This document shows positions 26,959-36,560 of a stretch of 56,559 nucleotides of DNA, piece after piece. The position numbers were made by a program, and so were the translations under genes. Numbering within the stretch: position 1 is the first letter of the stretch; each line of letters opens with the position of its first letter. The stretch is from NCBI GenBank assembly GCA_018062965.1, contig JAGORG010000006.1, positions 1-56,559 on the forward strand. Reading direction: 5' to 3'. The notes under the pieces are model-generated. The model worked only from the letters and a program-made list of their open reading frames with translations, did no database searches and was not told the DNA's origin. This DNA comes from Minisyncoccota bacterium (GTDB lineage Bacteria > Patescibacteriota > Minisyncoccia > Phycocordibacterales > UBA5272).

Positions 26959-28390
26959 GCCTTTTTACATCACTACAACACTTCCTTATGTAAACGCAGA
27001 ACCACACTTGGGTCATGCGCTTGAGTTTGTGCGAGCGGACGTGGTCGCACGATACAAAAAGTCTCTCGGGTACGATGTGTTTTTTAACACAGGAACAGAT
27101 GAGCATGGAACCAAAATCCTAGAAGGAGCAGAAAAAGAGGGGATACCGGTACAAGAATACGTCGACCGCAATGCGGCACGTTTCAAAGAGTTATATCCAA
27201 AACTCGGCATCACAGATGACATTCATTTTATTCGTACAACAGACGACGTGCACATCAAAGCGGCGCAAGAGATGTGGAAGAGATGCGAAGCAAACGGTTA
27301 CATCTACAAAAAAGAGTATGAAGCAACATACTGTGTTGGATGTGAGCTCTACAAAACAGACAGTGAGCTTGTAGATGGTAAATGTCCTATTCACCCAAAT
27401 CGCGACATTGAAATTATCAAAGAAGAAAATTACTTCTTTGATTTTAAGAAAGTTGCGCCACTTCTTAAAAAACTATACGAAGAGAATCCGACACTTGTAA
27501 TACCTGACTTTCGTTTTAACGAAATCAAAGCGTTTCTTGATCGCGGGCTTGAAGACTTTTCTATTTCACGTTTGAAATCAAAAATGTCATGGGGTGTTCC
27601 AGTACCAGGAGATGATGAGCATGTGATGTACGTATGGTTTGATGCGCTCACAAGTTATATTTCTACACTTGGCTGGCCAGATGAGTCTGGAGATTTTAGA
27701 TATTGGAAAGAGGGAACACCAGTGCAATACTGTGGAAAGGACAACCTTCGTCAACAGTCTGCTATTTGGCAGGGTATGCTTTTGGCTGCTGGACTTCCTC
27801 ATACACACAACATCATCATCGACGGATTTATCATTTCTGGTGGACAAAAGATGAGTAAGTCAATTGGAAACGTAATCAACCCATTTGATGTGATTGAAAT
27901 GTTTAAAGATGTAACTGATTACCCAGAAGACGTGTTGCGATTTATCTTGCTTCACGAAGTGCCTTCATTTGAAGATGGAGACATAACGATCGAGTCTATT
28001 AAAACTGCATACACTGCATATCTCGCAAATGGAATTGGGAACCTCACGAGTCGTATTATGAAGATGGCTACAGTAAACGGTGTTACGTTGCAAGGGGACG
28101 GAACTATAGAACTGAGTAATTATTTTGAAGATTATAATGTAAATGTAGCTCTGCATGTCCTTATGCACAAAGTTTCTCAAATCGATAAAACGATAGCAGA
28201 CAGTGAGCCTTTTAAGCTCATAAAAACAGAGCCAGAAAAAGCTAAAGAAATTATTCGCCAGTTAATAAGAGAGTTGTATGCCTGTGCAAAGGCACTTGAA
28301 GTATTTATACCAAAAACTTCTGCAAAGATTTTAGAATGCATTCGTGAGAATAAGATGCCAGAAAAGCCTCTCTTTGCCAGACTCGCTTAA
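26948..28390 (+). CDS. metG: methionine--tRNA ligase
   Basis: PYVNAEPHLGHALE (HIGH region), KMSKSIGN, and a CxxC...C knuckle. Confidence 0.9.
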   Translation: MVNKPFYITTTLPYVNAEPHLGHALEFVRADVVARYKKSLGYDVFFNTGTDEHGTKILEGAEKEGIPVQEYVDRNAARFKELYPKLGITDDIHFIRTTDDVHIKAAQEMWKRCEANGYIYKKEYEATYCVGCELYKTDSELVDGKCPIHPNRDIEIIKEENYFFDFKKVAPLLKKLYEENPTLVIPDFRFNEIKAFLDRGLEDFSISRLKSKMSWGVPVPGDDEHVMYVWFDALTSYISTLGWPDESGDFRYWKEGTPVQYCGKDNLRQQSAIWQGMLLAAGLPHTHNIIIDGFIISGGQKMSKSIGNVINPFDVIEMFKDVTDYPEDVLRFILLHEVPSFEDGDITIESIKTAYTAYLANGIGNLTSRIMKMATVNGVTLQGDGTIELSNYFEDYNVNVALHVLMHKVSQIDKTIADSEPFKLIKTEPEKAKEIIRQLIRELYACAKALEVFIPKTSAKILECIRENKMPEKPLFARLA

Positions 28391-28395
28391 TCTGT

Positions 28396-28761
28396 ATGAA
28401 AAAAACGTACAACAAACTTGTTCGTGACAAAATGATAGACATCTATAAGCACGATGTTGAGAACAAAATAAGCGCGAGTGGTTATAGTGTGCGCTACATG
28501 GAACGTGAGGAAACACTTGAACGCTTGAAAGATAAATTACTTGAAGAAGCACAAGAGGTGTTCGAGGCCTACGGAAAAGAAGACAAAACCGCTCTTAAAG
28601 AAGAACTCGCAGACGTGATCGAAGTGATAGATGCAATTCTTTATCACAACGATATTTCTCTCACTGAAGTGCTTGCGATTCGTGATGCGAAAAAAGAAAA
28701 GAAAGGTGGTTTTGAAACAGGGCTCTTTTTGGAAAGTATTGATTATTTTGATACCAAATAA
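28396..28761 (+). CDS. MazG-like nucleoside triphosphate pyrophosphohydrolase family protein
   Basis: KLVRDK...LLEEAQEV...EELADVIEVIDAI all-alpha NTP-PPase pattern. Confidence 0.6.
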   Translation: MKKTYNKLVRDKMIDIYKHDVENKISASGYSVRYMEREETLERLKDKLLEEAQEVFEAYGKEDKTALKEELADVIEVIDAILYHNDISLTEVLAIRDAKKEKKGGFETGLFLESIDYFDTK

Positions 28762-28764
28762 CAT

Positions 28765-29373
28765 ATGACTCCGCATTCACAGGGTTTGATAGATATAGGA
28801 AAGTTAGCCTTCAGATTTTCAAAGACTAATCGAGTTACGCTTCATGAAGATGGGGAATATGAATCAAACACGGACCACACTGTTATGCTGTCGCTTTGTG
28901 CATGCGCGCTTGCCTCTGCTTTGTACAAAGAAAAGTTAGATATCGGTAAAGTTGCGCAGTTTGCTATTGTTCATGATTTGGTTGAAGCGTATGTAGGGGA
29001 TACAAATACTATCAACATTTCAGACACTGCTCGTGCAGAAAAAGACAAGAGGGAGATGGACTCACTTCTAAAAATTGAAGCAGAGTTTAAACACATATAT
29101 CCGTGGATACACACTACGATTGCCGAGTATGAGCGTCGCGATACACCAGAAGCGCGTTTTGTGAAAACACTCGACAAGTCGATGACTAAAATCACCAACA
29201 CAATAAACAAAGGTGCTGCCCTTAGAAAACTTGGAACAACACGAGAAGAAATAGAAAAACACTTCGTCACTCAACTTAATGAGTACAGAAAAAAGTACGG
29301 AGAAGAGTTTCCAGAACTCATGGACATAACAGAAGAGCTCATGAATAATATGTTACAAGAAATATATGTATAA
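28765..29373 (+). CDS. HD-domain phosphohydrolase (YfbR-like 5'-nucleotidase)
   Basis: ESNTDHT...VHDLVEAYVGDT HD motif. Confidence 0.65.
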   Translation: MTPHSQGLIDIGKLAFRFSKTNRVTLHEDGEYESNTDHTVMLSLCACALASALYKEKLDIGKVAQFAIVHDLVEAYVGDTNTINISDTARAEKDKREMDSLLKIEAEFKHIYPWIHTTIAEYERRDTPEARFVKTLDKSMTKITNTINKGAALRKLGTTREEIEKHFVTQLNEYRKKYGEEFPELMDITEELMNNMLQEIYV

Positions 29374-30205
29374 CTTTTTTGATACACACGCACACATACA
29401 CGATAAAGCGTTTGATAAAGATAGAGCGGACGTACTTGCTCGTATGGAAGCTCTTCCGATGGCTGCTATAACTATCGGAACAGATAAACAGGAAAGCGAA
29501 AAAGCTGTTCAAATAGCTCAATCTCACTCACATGTTTACGCAGCCGTCGGTCTTCATCCAGCAGATAATGTCTTAGAAGAATTTAATTATGACCTGTATA
29601 AACATCTTGCAGAGCAGGATAAGGTGGTTGCGCTTGGTGAATGCGGACTTGATTACTACTATGTGGAAACGTTTTTTGAAAAAGATAAACAAGAAAAAGG
29701 GGTATCTTGGAATAAAGATGCGGAAGTAGACAGACAGAAGCGAATTTTCGAAGAGCATATCAACCTGGCATCTGAATTGCGTAAGCCGCTCATGCTTCAT
29801 ATTCGTGATGTAAAAGGATCATGCGATGCATATGAAGATGCGCTTCATATGCTAGAGAACGCACAAGTTTCTGGTAAAAATGTTCGAGGTAACGTGCACT
29901 TTTTTGCAGGCAGCATAGACATTGCTCAAAAGTTTTTAGACATAGGATTTACTATCTCGTTTCCGGGCACGATTACGTTTACAAAGGAGTATGACGATGT
30001 AGTTAGATTTGTTCCACTTGATATGTTGCACGCTGAAACAGATAGTCCATACGCTGCACCTGTGCCGTATCGCGGCAAAAGAAATGAGCCTGTATATGTT
30101 CAAGAAGTAGTTGCAAAAATAGCAGTACTCAAAGAGGTGCCAATGGAAGAGGTGAGGGTGCAATTACTAGAAAACGCCAAGCGTGTCTTTGGTTTGACTT
30201 TTTAA
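29366..30205 (+). CDS. TatD-family metal-dependent hydrolase
   Basis: FFDTHAHI...GECGLDYYY...HIRD...HFF...ETDSPY motifs. Confidence 0.85.
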   Translation: MYNFFDTHAHIHDKAFDKDRADVLARMEALPMAAITIGTDKQESEKAVQIAQSHSHVYAAVGLHPADNVLEEFNYDLYKHLAEQDKVVALGECGLDYYYVETFFEKDKQEKGVSWNKDAEVDRQKRIFEEHINLASELRKPLMLHIRDVKGSCDAYEDALHMLENAQVSGKNVRGNVHFFAGSIDIAQKFLDIGFTISFPGTITFTKEYDDVVRFVPLDMLHAETDSPYAAPVPYRGKRNEPVYVQEVVAKIAVLKEVPMEEVRVQLLENAKRVFGLTF

Positions 30206-30255
30206 GCCAAAAGGAGCAGGATTGGGGCAGATCAACCAACCTCAAAGGGGGTCAC

Positions 30256-30651
30256 ATGAAAGACTCAACAACAACTGTACCTTTCTCACATGTTTGGGGA
30301 TTTATCACCAACATTCGTCTATGTCCCAGTAACAACAGCTATGTCCTCGTAAGGATTGCTGGAAAAGAATATCGCTTTGTTCGTTGTGCTGCAGGTCTCA
30401 AAAAGATGAATCTTTTTCAGTTCTCTAAAAAACGTAGAAAAGTTCTTCTGGTATTCTATGAAGGTGTGGGTGGTGATACGTCTATTCTCGCTGGATGGAA
30501 CAATCCTTCAGATGACGTAGCTCGCTATATCATTCAATGTACATCGGTGGCTTGTGCCAAGTCTTTGCCGCCTCATCGCCTTGAATTGCTTCAGCTGTGG
30601 CGAGAGTGCATAACCAATCATCCACATTGGAATGCTCCCAAACCTCGATGA
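30256..30651 (+). CDS. hypothetical protein
   Basis: 131-aa ORF preceded by an SD-like AGGGGG and followed by a terminator. Confidence 0.55.
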   Translation: MKDSTTTVPFSHVWGFITNIRLCPSNNSYVLVRIAGKEYRFVRCAAGLKKMNLFQFSKKRRKVLLVFYEGVGGDTSILAGWNNPSDDVARYIIQCTSVACAKSLPPHRLELLQLWRECITNHPHWNAPKPR

Positions 30652-30664
30652 GTTCACCACCACA

Positions 30665-30690
30665 AAGCCCCGCACTGCGGGGCTTTTCTT
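30665..30690 (+). terminator. rho-independent terminator
   Basis: aagccccgc-act-gcggggcttttctt. Confidence 0.75.
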
Positions 30691-30720
30691 ATGCTCAAAT
30701 TCGTGTTATAATACAGCCCT

Positions 30721-31221
30721 ATGACAGAAATTAATGAAACCACAGTAGATAGCCGTGTATACGAAATTTCTTTCATCTTTGATAACAAACTAGATGAAAG
30801 CGCGGCGCTTGAGAAGGGGAACGCACTCAAGCAATCTATTGCTACCCTAGGTGGTAGCTTCATTTCTGAAGAAGCTCCGTACATGCGAGAGCTTGCTTAC
30901 GAAATGATTCGCGTCCAAAACAATATTAACGTTCGTTTTAATGAAGGATATTTCGGATGGATCAAGTTCGAAATGGAGCCAAGTAAAGTAAAAGGTTTTG
31001 AAAAGCAGCTCATGCTTGATGAACAAATGGTTCGCTTCCTTATCGTTTCTACTGTTCGTGAAAACACTGTGTACACAAAGCGTGCACCGGTAGTAAAAAT
31101 CGAATCACTCGCAAATAACGAAGACGATGTGAACATTGATACAACAAAAGAAGTTGATATTGTTCCAGAAATCGCTGAAGAAACAAAGACAGATATCGTA
31201 TCTAGCGAGGAGGTTAAATAA
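30721..31221 (+). CDS. rpsF: 30S ribosomal protein S6 with extended acidic C-terminus
   Basis: YEISFIF...ELAYEM pattern. Position upstream of ssb-rpsR. Confidence 0.75.
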   Translation: MTEINETTVDSRVYEISFIFDNKLDESAALEKGNALKQSIATLGGSFISEEAPYMRELAYEMIRVQNNINVRFNEGYFGWIKFEMEPSKVKGFEKQLMLDEQMVRFLIVSTVRENTVYTKRAPVVKIESLANNEDDVNIDTTKEVDIVPEIAEETKTDIVSSEEVK

Positions 31222-31240
31222 GGAGTACACTTAGTACATT

Positions 31241-31705
31241 ATGTATTTAAACAAAGCATTCCTTTTTGGAAACCTTACACGCGACCCAGAAATGAAGTCG
31301 CTTCCTAATGGAAACAAAGTAACTTCGTTTTCTTTAGCAACGAATCGTGTATACAAAGATCAAGCAGGGAACAAGCAAGAGCAAGTAGAATATCACAACA
31401 TTGTAGTATTCGGACGCCAAGCAGAAACCTCAGCTCAGTACCTTAAAAAAGGGCAAGGTGTGATGATAGAAGGTCGCATTCAGACACGAAGTTGGGATGA
31501 CAAAACAACTGGCGAGAAAAAGTACCGCACAGAAGTTGTGGCAGATGCTGTCCAGTTTGGTCCTAAGTCAGGCGGCGCACCAAGTGGCGCAGTACAAGGC
31601 GAAGGATATACTCCAACCTCTGAATCAAAAGCATCTTCATCTCCAGATCTCGATACTATCGATTACGGTGATGCTAATATCAACGTTGATGACATTCCTT
31701 TCTAA
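31241..31705 (+). CDS. ssb: single-stranded DNA-binding protein
   Basis: NKAFLFGNLTRDPE...HNIVVFGRQAE OB fold and C-terminal DDIPF tail. Confidence 0.9.
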   Translation: MYLNKAFLFGNLTRDPEMKSLPNGNKVTSFSLATNRVYKDQAGNKQEQVEYHNIVVFGRQAETSAQYLKKGQGVMIEGRIQTRSWDDKTTGEKKYRTEVVADAVQFGPKSGGAPSGAVQGEGYTPTSESKASSSPDLDTIDYGDANINVDDIPF

Positions 31706-31720
31706 ACGAATAAAGTATTT

Positions 31721-31808
31721 CATTTACTTTGTCGCAACATCACTTTTTTCGGTCAATGTACCACTCGTACATCTTCCTCAAAAAGTTCATTGCTTCGCGT
31801 AACTAAAA
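31721..31808 (+). ncRNA. conserved structured intergenic motif, copy 2
   Basis: Stems gcaa/ttgc, acttttt/aaaaagt and atgtac/gtacat. Shares the flanks CAyTTACTTTGTyG and CGTAAyT with 12809-12897. Confidence 0.5.
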
Positions 31809-31859
31809 CACTTTCTTGGTTTAGATTATCTCGAAAAGAAAACTACTAACAATACCACT

Positions 31860-32063
31860 ATGCACAAACAAGATTACTTCAACCAGAACAACATCAAGTT
31901 CATCGACTACAAGGATACAGAAATTCTTGCAAAGTTTTTGAACCCACATGCTCGTATTCTCAATCGTCGCAAGACAGGGCTTACAGCAAAGAACCAACGC
32001 TTGCTAGCAAACGCTGTAAAGCGCGCACGCTTCATGGGACTTCTCCCATATGTAAACTACTAG
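31860..32063 (+). CDS. rpsR: 30S ribosomal protein S18
   Basis: [14 protein letters not shown]...[29 protein letters not shown]. Confidence 0.9.
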   Translation: MHKQDYFNQNNIKFIDYKDTEILAKFLNPHARILNRRKTGLTAKNQRLLANAVKRARFMGLLPYVNY

Positions 32064-32070
32064 TCTACGA

Positions 32071-32110
32071 AAAAAATAGCCGTTTGCCTTTGGCAAACGG
32101 CTATTTTTTT
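32071..32110 (+). terminator. rho-independent terminator after rpsR
   Basis: aaaaaatagccgtttgcc-tttg-gcaaacggctattttttt. Confidence 0.85.
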
Positions 32111-32153
32111 GCTAGTATTACACCTATTAATCGCTTACATCAACATCACCACT

Positions 32154-32765
32154 ATGCATCCTAAAAAAGAAAGAACATTTGTTATTTTGAAGCCTGACGC
32201 AATTCAGCGTGGACTTATTGGAGAAATCATTCAGCGTTTTGAACGTATTGGACTTAAGATTGTTGGTATGAAGATGCACATGGTTGAGGAGAGTGTTCTT
32301 TGGGAGCACTATAATAAAGATGATGCATGGTATGAAAAGAAAGGGGCAAAGATTCTTGAAAACAAGAAGTCACTTGGCCATACGATAGACAAGGAAGCGA
32401 TTGAATACGGAAAAGATATTATTCGAGCCATGGTGCACTATATGTGTGCTGGACCCGTTGTTTCTCTTGTTATTGAAGGTAACAGTGCTCAAGCTGTAGT
32501 AAAGCGTATTGTTGGAGGAACAGAACCAGCAACTGCTGATTCAGGAACAATTCGTGGTGACTTTGCGCTCGACTCATACTACCTCTGTGATGTTGATGGT
32601 AGTCGTGGTATGCGAAACCTTATTCACTGTACTGACCCTGCCGATGGAGAGGGTGCGTATCAGCGAGAGGTGGACCTTTGGTTTACACAAGAAGAAATTA
32701 TGAACTATCGTCTTGTAACAGAAGCAATGCTTTACGATGTGAACCTAGACGGCATCATGGAATAA
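32154..32765 (+). CDS. ndk: nucleoside-diphosphate kinase (long form with internal insertion)
   Basis: ERTFVILKPDAIQRGLIGEIIQRFE and NLIHCTD (active-site His). ATG 32154 was chosen. About 50 aa longer than typical Ndk. Confidence 0.8.
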   Translation: MHPKKERTFVILKPDAIQRGLIGEIIQRFERIGLKIVGMKMHMVEESVLWEHYNKDDAWYEKKGAKILENKKSLGHTIDKEAIEYGKDIIRAMVHYMCAGPVVSLVIEGNSAQAVVKRIVGGTEPATADSGTIRGDFALDSYYLCDVDGSRGMRNLIHCTDPADGEGAYQREVDLWFTQEEIMNYRLVTEAMLYDVNLDGIME

Positions 32766-32770
32766 AGAAA

Positions 32771-32797
32771 ACAAAACCGCCCTACGGGCGGTTTTGT
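32771..32797 (+). terminator. rho-independent terminator after ndk
   Basis: acaaaaccgccc-tac-gggcggttttgtt. Confidence 0.8.
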
Positions 32798-32802
32798 TAT
32801 AT

Positions 32803-33951
32803 ATGATGCTACACTTTAATAAACCTATGGAACCACAAACTACACCCATTACCGATCTGTCAAATGTTACAAATACGCTTTCGCCCGGTACTAATCAAAA
32901 TAGCGCTTCCCAAGTCATTCCTGTTCGTGCAAATTCTTCACCATCTAAGTATTTTGTATATACGCTACTAGCTGCATTATTTTTTGTAGCTGTCTTTTTT
33001 GGAGCACAGTATGGATTTTTCTCAGCCGAGCAGTCAACTCTTTCAGAGAGTGAGTGTATAGACTTTGCTATAAGTTCTAAAAACAAACCAAAATGTCTTT
33101 CTACTATCGCTTGGCATACTGTTTCTACAAGCACTAATCAAGGGAGACTGGCAAGTCTTTCATATATTTCAAATCAGAACAACCAAGCTATTTTTAAGTA
33201 TGAAATAGAAAAGCCTTGGCTTGATAAAAAGTGGTACTCGCTTGAATCTATTGACTCCTCTCTTCTAACTGAATCGGTTAAGCTTATATCAATTTATAGC
33301 TTTGGGTCTGATTACATGTATCTTCGAGATGGACCGTTCTTATTTGATACGTACGATATGGACTTACTAACCTTTAAGACTTCCCGAAACCCGCAAGCGC
33401 AAGAACGAAAGTCTGTAGATTTTCTTAAGGATGGTACGCCAGTTTTATATGAAACTGTTCACACAGCAACTTCATCACAAATTATGTTCTTCACCATGTC
33501 ACCTGATGGGTTTAAGGAAAAAGATAGATTTATGTTACCCGAAGATATATTTGCAGCAGGTAACAAGATTGAAGCACCGTGCTTGGGGTATGGTTGTATT
33601 GATATTAAAAATCACCCATTTGAGTACGTTGGTGGTTCTGAGATTATTATTTTATATAGTGGCTCCGCCAGAGATGTTGAGTTTAGTTGTCCGGTGAATT
33701 TAAATCTAAAATCAGAACTTCTGGTTGATCTTTACAAGAGGACTGGTGAAATTGTTCCTATGCTGGACCAAGGCGGACTTAAAAGGAATTGCGCACTAGC
33801 GTCTCCTCTTGCGGTAGGTGAAAGCGCTGTTCTCGATGAACAACTTCTTTTATCATATGACGGTTCCTATAAAAGCAAAGATAATAGCAGTCTTATGGTG
33901 AAAACAAATATGTACATTACAGGAAAAATACCTTATATACTTTCCAAGTAA
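32803..33951 (+). CDS. hypothetical membrane-anchored protein
   Basis: Long ORF with one TM (YFVYTLLAALFFVAVFFGAQYGFF). The start was moved to ATG 32803 because TTG 32794 lies inside the terminator. Confidence 0.65.
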   Translation: MMLHFNKPMEPQTTPITDLSNVTNTLSPGTNQNSASQVIPVRANSSPSKYFVYTLLAALFFVAVFFGAQYGFFSAEQSTLSESECIDFAISSKNKPKCLSTIAWHTVSTSTNQGRLASLSYISNQNNQAIFKYEIEKPWLDKKWYSLESIDSSLLTESVKLISIYSFGSDYMYLRDGPFLFDTYDMDLLTFKTSRNPQAQERKSVDFLKDGTPVLYETVHTATSSQIMFFTMSPDGFKEKDRFMLPEDIFAAGNKIEAPCLGYGCIDIKNHPFEYVGGSEIIILYSGSARDVEFSCPVNLNLKSELLVDLYKRTGEIVPMLDQGGLKRNCALASPLAVGESAVLDEQLLLSYDGSYKSKDNSSLMVKTNMYITGKIPYILSK

Positions 33952-33987
33952 GTTGCCTTTTTAAAGGAATTGATTATAATAAAAAAT

Positions 33988-34143
33988 AGGGTGCTTAGGT
34001 ATTTTTCTGGATACCACATCTTCGGGTCATGGAAGATTGTGATGTTGACCGTGGTCTCATCCTTTTCCTACCCACCTGACTTAAAACATCAGGAAGATGT
34101 CCTAAGTACCCACGTAAAAAAGCGTACGCACGTACGCTTTTTT
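33988..34143 (+). ncRNA. candidate small structured RNA with its own promoter and terminator; class unassigned
   Basis: TATAAT at 33975-33980. An 11-bp closing stem gggtgcttagg/cctaagtaccc, stacked stems acatcttc/gaagatgt and tgatgtt/aacatca, and terminator aaaaaagcgtacg-ca-cgtacgctttttt. Confidence 0.5.
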
Positions 34144-34162
34144 ACGTGGTATACTTTTTGGT

Positions 34163-34519
34163 ATGAAATATGTCGCCTTCTCCTCACTATATCTGGTAGC
34201 CCTTTTTGCTATCTCTAGATACTTATTTGAGCCTATGTATCTGTATTATGAGTTGCCATGGTTAGATATACCGATGCATGTTTTGGGTGGTTTTGGAGTT
34301 GCGTCACTTGCAATAGCACTCCTTCTTCTTAGAAAAAAACGTATTACCGTGCTACCGGTGCTCGTGTCATTTTTTATTATTGCAATTGCGTGGGAGCTCT
34401 ACGAATACTCACTTGATGTGCAAGCATTTCGTCCTTGGATAGGGTGGACAGACACAATCTCAGATATTATTAATGGGCTTATTGGTGCGCTTATCGCGTA
34501 CGGTATTGTTCGCAAGTAG
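34163..34519 (+). CDS. hypothetical small membrane protein (4 TM)
   Basis: 118-aa hydrophobic ORF. TGGTATACT lies 9 nt upstream of the ATG. Confidence 0.65.
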   Translation: MKYVAFSSLYLVALFAISRYLFEPMYLYYELPWLDIPMHVLGGFGVASLAIALLLLRKKRITVLPVLVSFFIIAIAWELYEYSLDVQAFRPWIGWTDTISDIINGLIGALIAYGIVRK

Positions 34520-34521
34520 CT

Positions 34522-35895
34522 ATGAGTACATTTAAAGTTACGTTTGCAGGTGGCGCACAGATGCCGACAGGGTCTAACTTTCTCGTGGAGTTTGGTGGTA
34601 AAAAAATACTCATCGACTGTGGGCTCGTGCAAGGGGAAAAGTACTCTATCCCAATCAACAGTGAGCCGTTTGCATATGACCCAAGCTCAATAGACACGCT
34701 CTTTGTGACACATGCTCACCTGGATCATGTTGGGCGTATCCCACGACTTGTTCATGATGGTTTTAAGGGAAAGATACTAAGCACAGAACCAACACGAGAA
34801 ATGGCCGAGCTTATCATGCTTGACTCCATGGGGGTTCTTGCAAAGGAGTCTAAATTTAACAATCAGCCCCTTCTCTATGAAGAAAAAGATGTCTACGATG
34901 CTGTACGTCTTTGGGATACTACTGTTGAATATGAAAAGCCGTACATATTTGCAACTCATGATGGTGATGCAACTATTACCGCACATGATGCTGGGCATAT
35001 TTTGGGAAGTTGTATATGGGAGATAGAGTATAAAGGTAAAAAACTAGCCTTCACCGGAGATCTCGGAAACACGCCGTCACCACTTATGCGAGACACAACA
35101 TTGCTCCACGACATAGACTACCTAGTCACTGAAAGTGTTTACGGAGATAGAAATCACGAAGACAAAGATAAGCGTATCGAGATGTTCAAAGAAGCTATTA
35201 CTTCAACGATTGCAAAAAAGGGGACAGTTATTATTCCTGCGTTTTCTATTGAACGTACCCAAGAGATTTTACTTGCTTTTAATGAGCTTGTAGAAAGTAA
35301 GCAGATACCAGAAACACCGGTATATTTAGATTCCCCGCTGGGTATTAATATTACAAAAGTCTACAAAAAATATGAGGCATGGTTTAACCATGACATTGGT
35401 AACATCATAGCAAGTGGGGATGATATTTTTGCATTCAAGGGGTTGATTCAAACACCATCTCCTGAAGAGAGTAAAAAAATAAACGCAGATAGTCGTCCAA
35501 AGATCATTATCGCAGGAAGCGGTATGAGTAACGGAGGTCGTATTGTTCATCACGAAGCACGTTATCTTCCAGACCCTAACTCAACAATCATTATTGTTGG
35601 GTATCAGGCAGTAAACACACTCGGTCGTCGTATTGTTGATGGCGTCAAAGAAATTATTATTCACGGAAATCCTATCGAAATACGCGCACGTGTTGTTAAT
35701 ATTCACGGCTTTTCTGCTCATAAGGACTCTGATAATCTTGTATCATTTGTCGGATCTACCGCACAAACACTCAAGAAGGTTATCGTTGTTTTAGGTGAAC
35801 CTAAAAGTGCATATCATCTTGGACAGCGTATTCACGAAACATATCAAGTGCCTGTGGTTATTCCAGAAAAGGGTGATGTCATGGAATTGGACTAA
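34522..35895 (+). CDS. MBL-fold metallo-hydrolase of the beta-CASP (RNA-metabolising) family
   Basis: THAHLDHVGRIP motif, later DAGHILGS, and a C-terminal SAH motif. Length 457 aa. Confidence 0.8.
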   Translation: MSTFKVTFAGGAQMPTGSNFLVEFGGKKILIDCGLVQGEKYSIPINSEPFAYDPSSIDTLFVTHAHLDHVGRIPRLVHDGFKGKILSTEPTREMAELIMLDSMGVLAKESKFNNQPLLYEEKDVYDAVRLWDTTVEYEKPYIFATHDGDATITAHDAGHILGSCIWEIEYKGKKLAFTGDLGNTPSPLMRDTTLLHDIDYLVTESVYGDRNHEDKDKRIEMFKEAITSTIAKKGTVIIPAFSIERTQEILLAFNELVESKQIPETPVYLDSPLGINITKVYKKYEAWFNHDIGNIIASGDDIFAFKGLIQTPSPEESKKINADSRPKIIIAGSGMSNGGRIVHHEARYLPDPNSTIIIVGYQAVNTLGRRIVDGVKEIIIHGNPIEIRARVVNIHGFSAHKDSDNLVSFVGSTAQTLKKVIVVLGEPKSAYHLGQRIHETYQVPVVIPEKGDVMELD

Positions 35896-35944
35896 TGTGC
35901 TTATTCACTATTAGATAGCTGACATTGCCTATATACTATTCTTT

Positions 35945-36520
35945 ATGAAAGCAGACCGCATTACGATAAGTGTTTCCGGGGCAGCTGAAATTGCACACTG
36001 CGGACCATCTGTTATCCCACTCGCAAAAGAAATAGGAAGAGAAATCGCTCGACAAGGGTGTCAGATTGTTACGGGTGCAACTTCTGGTTTTCCGATGTAT
36101 GCAGCAGAAGGTGCCAAAGAGGCCGGAGGGGTTTCTTTTGGGCTTTCTCCTGCAGCAAGTAAGAAAGAGCACGTAGAAGTCTATAGATTGCCGCTTAAGG
36201 CGCTGGACGCCGTCGTATACACCGGATTTGGCTTTTCAGGCAGGGATTTGATGCTTGTACGGTCATCGGACGCTATTGTGATTGGATGTGGCCGTATAGG
36301 GACAATTCACGAGTTTACGGTTGCTTGGGAGGCAAATATGCCTATGGGGATTTTGGTCGGTGAATGGCCAACGGATGAGGTGATACAAAACATCATGCAA
36401 AACAGTGACCGTAAAAATGACAACGTTATATTTGAAAAAGACCCAAAAGTCATGATACAGAGGTTGGTAGACATGGTACGAAAGAAAGAAGAGTCAGGTG
36501 AGGTTGAGGTGAGACTTTAA
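35945..36520 (+). CDS. TIGR00725/LOG-like Rossmann-fold protein
   Basis: ISVSGAA...AKEIGREIARQGCQIVTGATSGFPMYAAEGAKEAGGVSFGLSP pattern. Confidence 0.55.
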   Translation: MKADRITISVSGAAEIAHCGPSVIPLAKEIGREIARQGCQIVTGATSGFPMYAAEGAKEAGGVSFGLSPAASKKEHVEVYRLPLKALDAVVYTGFGFSGRDLMLVRSSDAIVIGCGRIGTIHEFTVAWEANMPMGILVGEWPTDEVIQNIMQNSDRKNDNVIFEKDPKVMIQRLVDMVRKKEESGEVEVRL

Positions 36521-36523
36521 GAT

Positions 36524-36560
36524 AATAATAAAACCGGGCAGATGCCCGGTTTTATTATTA
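36524..36560. terminator. bidirectional terminator between convergent genes
   Basis: aataataaaaccgggc-agat-gcccggttttattatt. Confidence 0.8.

Noticed and set aside
33988-34112. TPP riboswitch or SRP RNA identity for the candidate ncRNA
   Set aside because: Strings such as GGGTGC, CTGGATACC and ACCTGA occur but in the wrong order for a THI element. The GGAA-containing hairpin lacks the conserved SRP domain IV loops (no GCAGC partner).
33970-34218. 82-aa ORF as a protein gene
   Set aside because: It spans a promoter, a highly paired segment, a terminator and the start of the next gene. The structured-RNA interpretation explains the sequence better.
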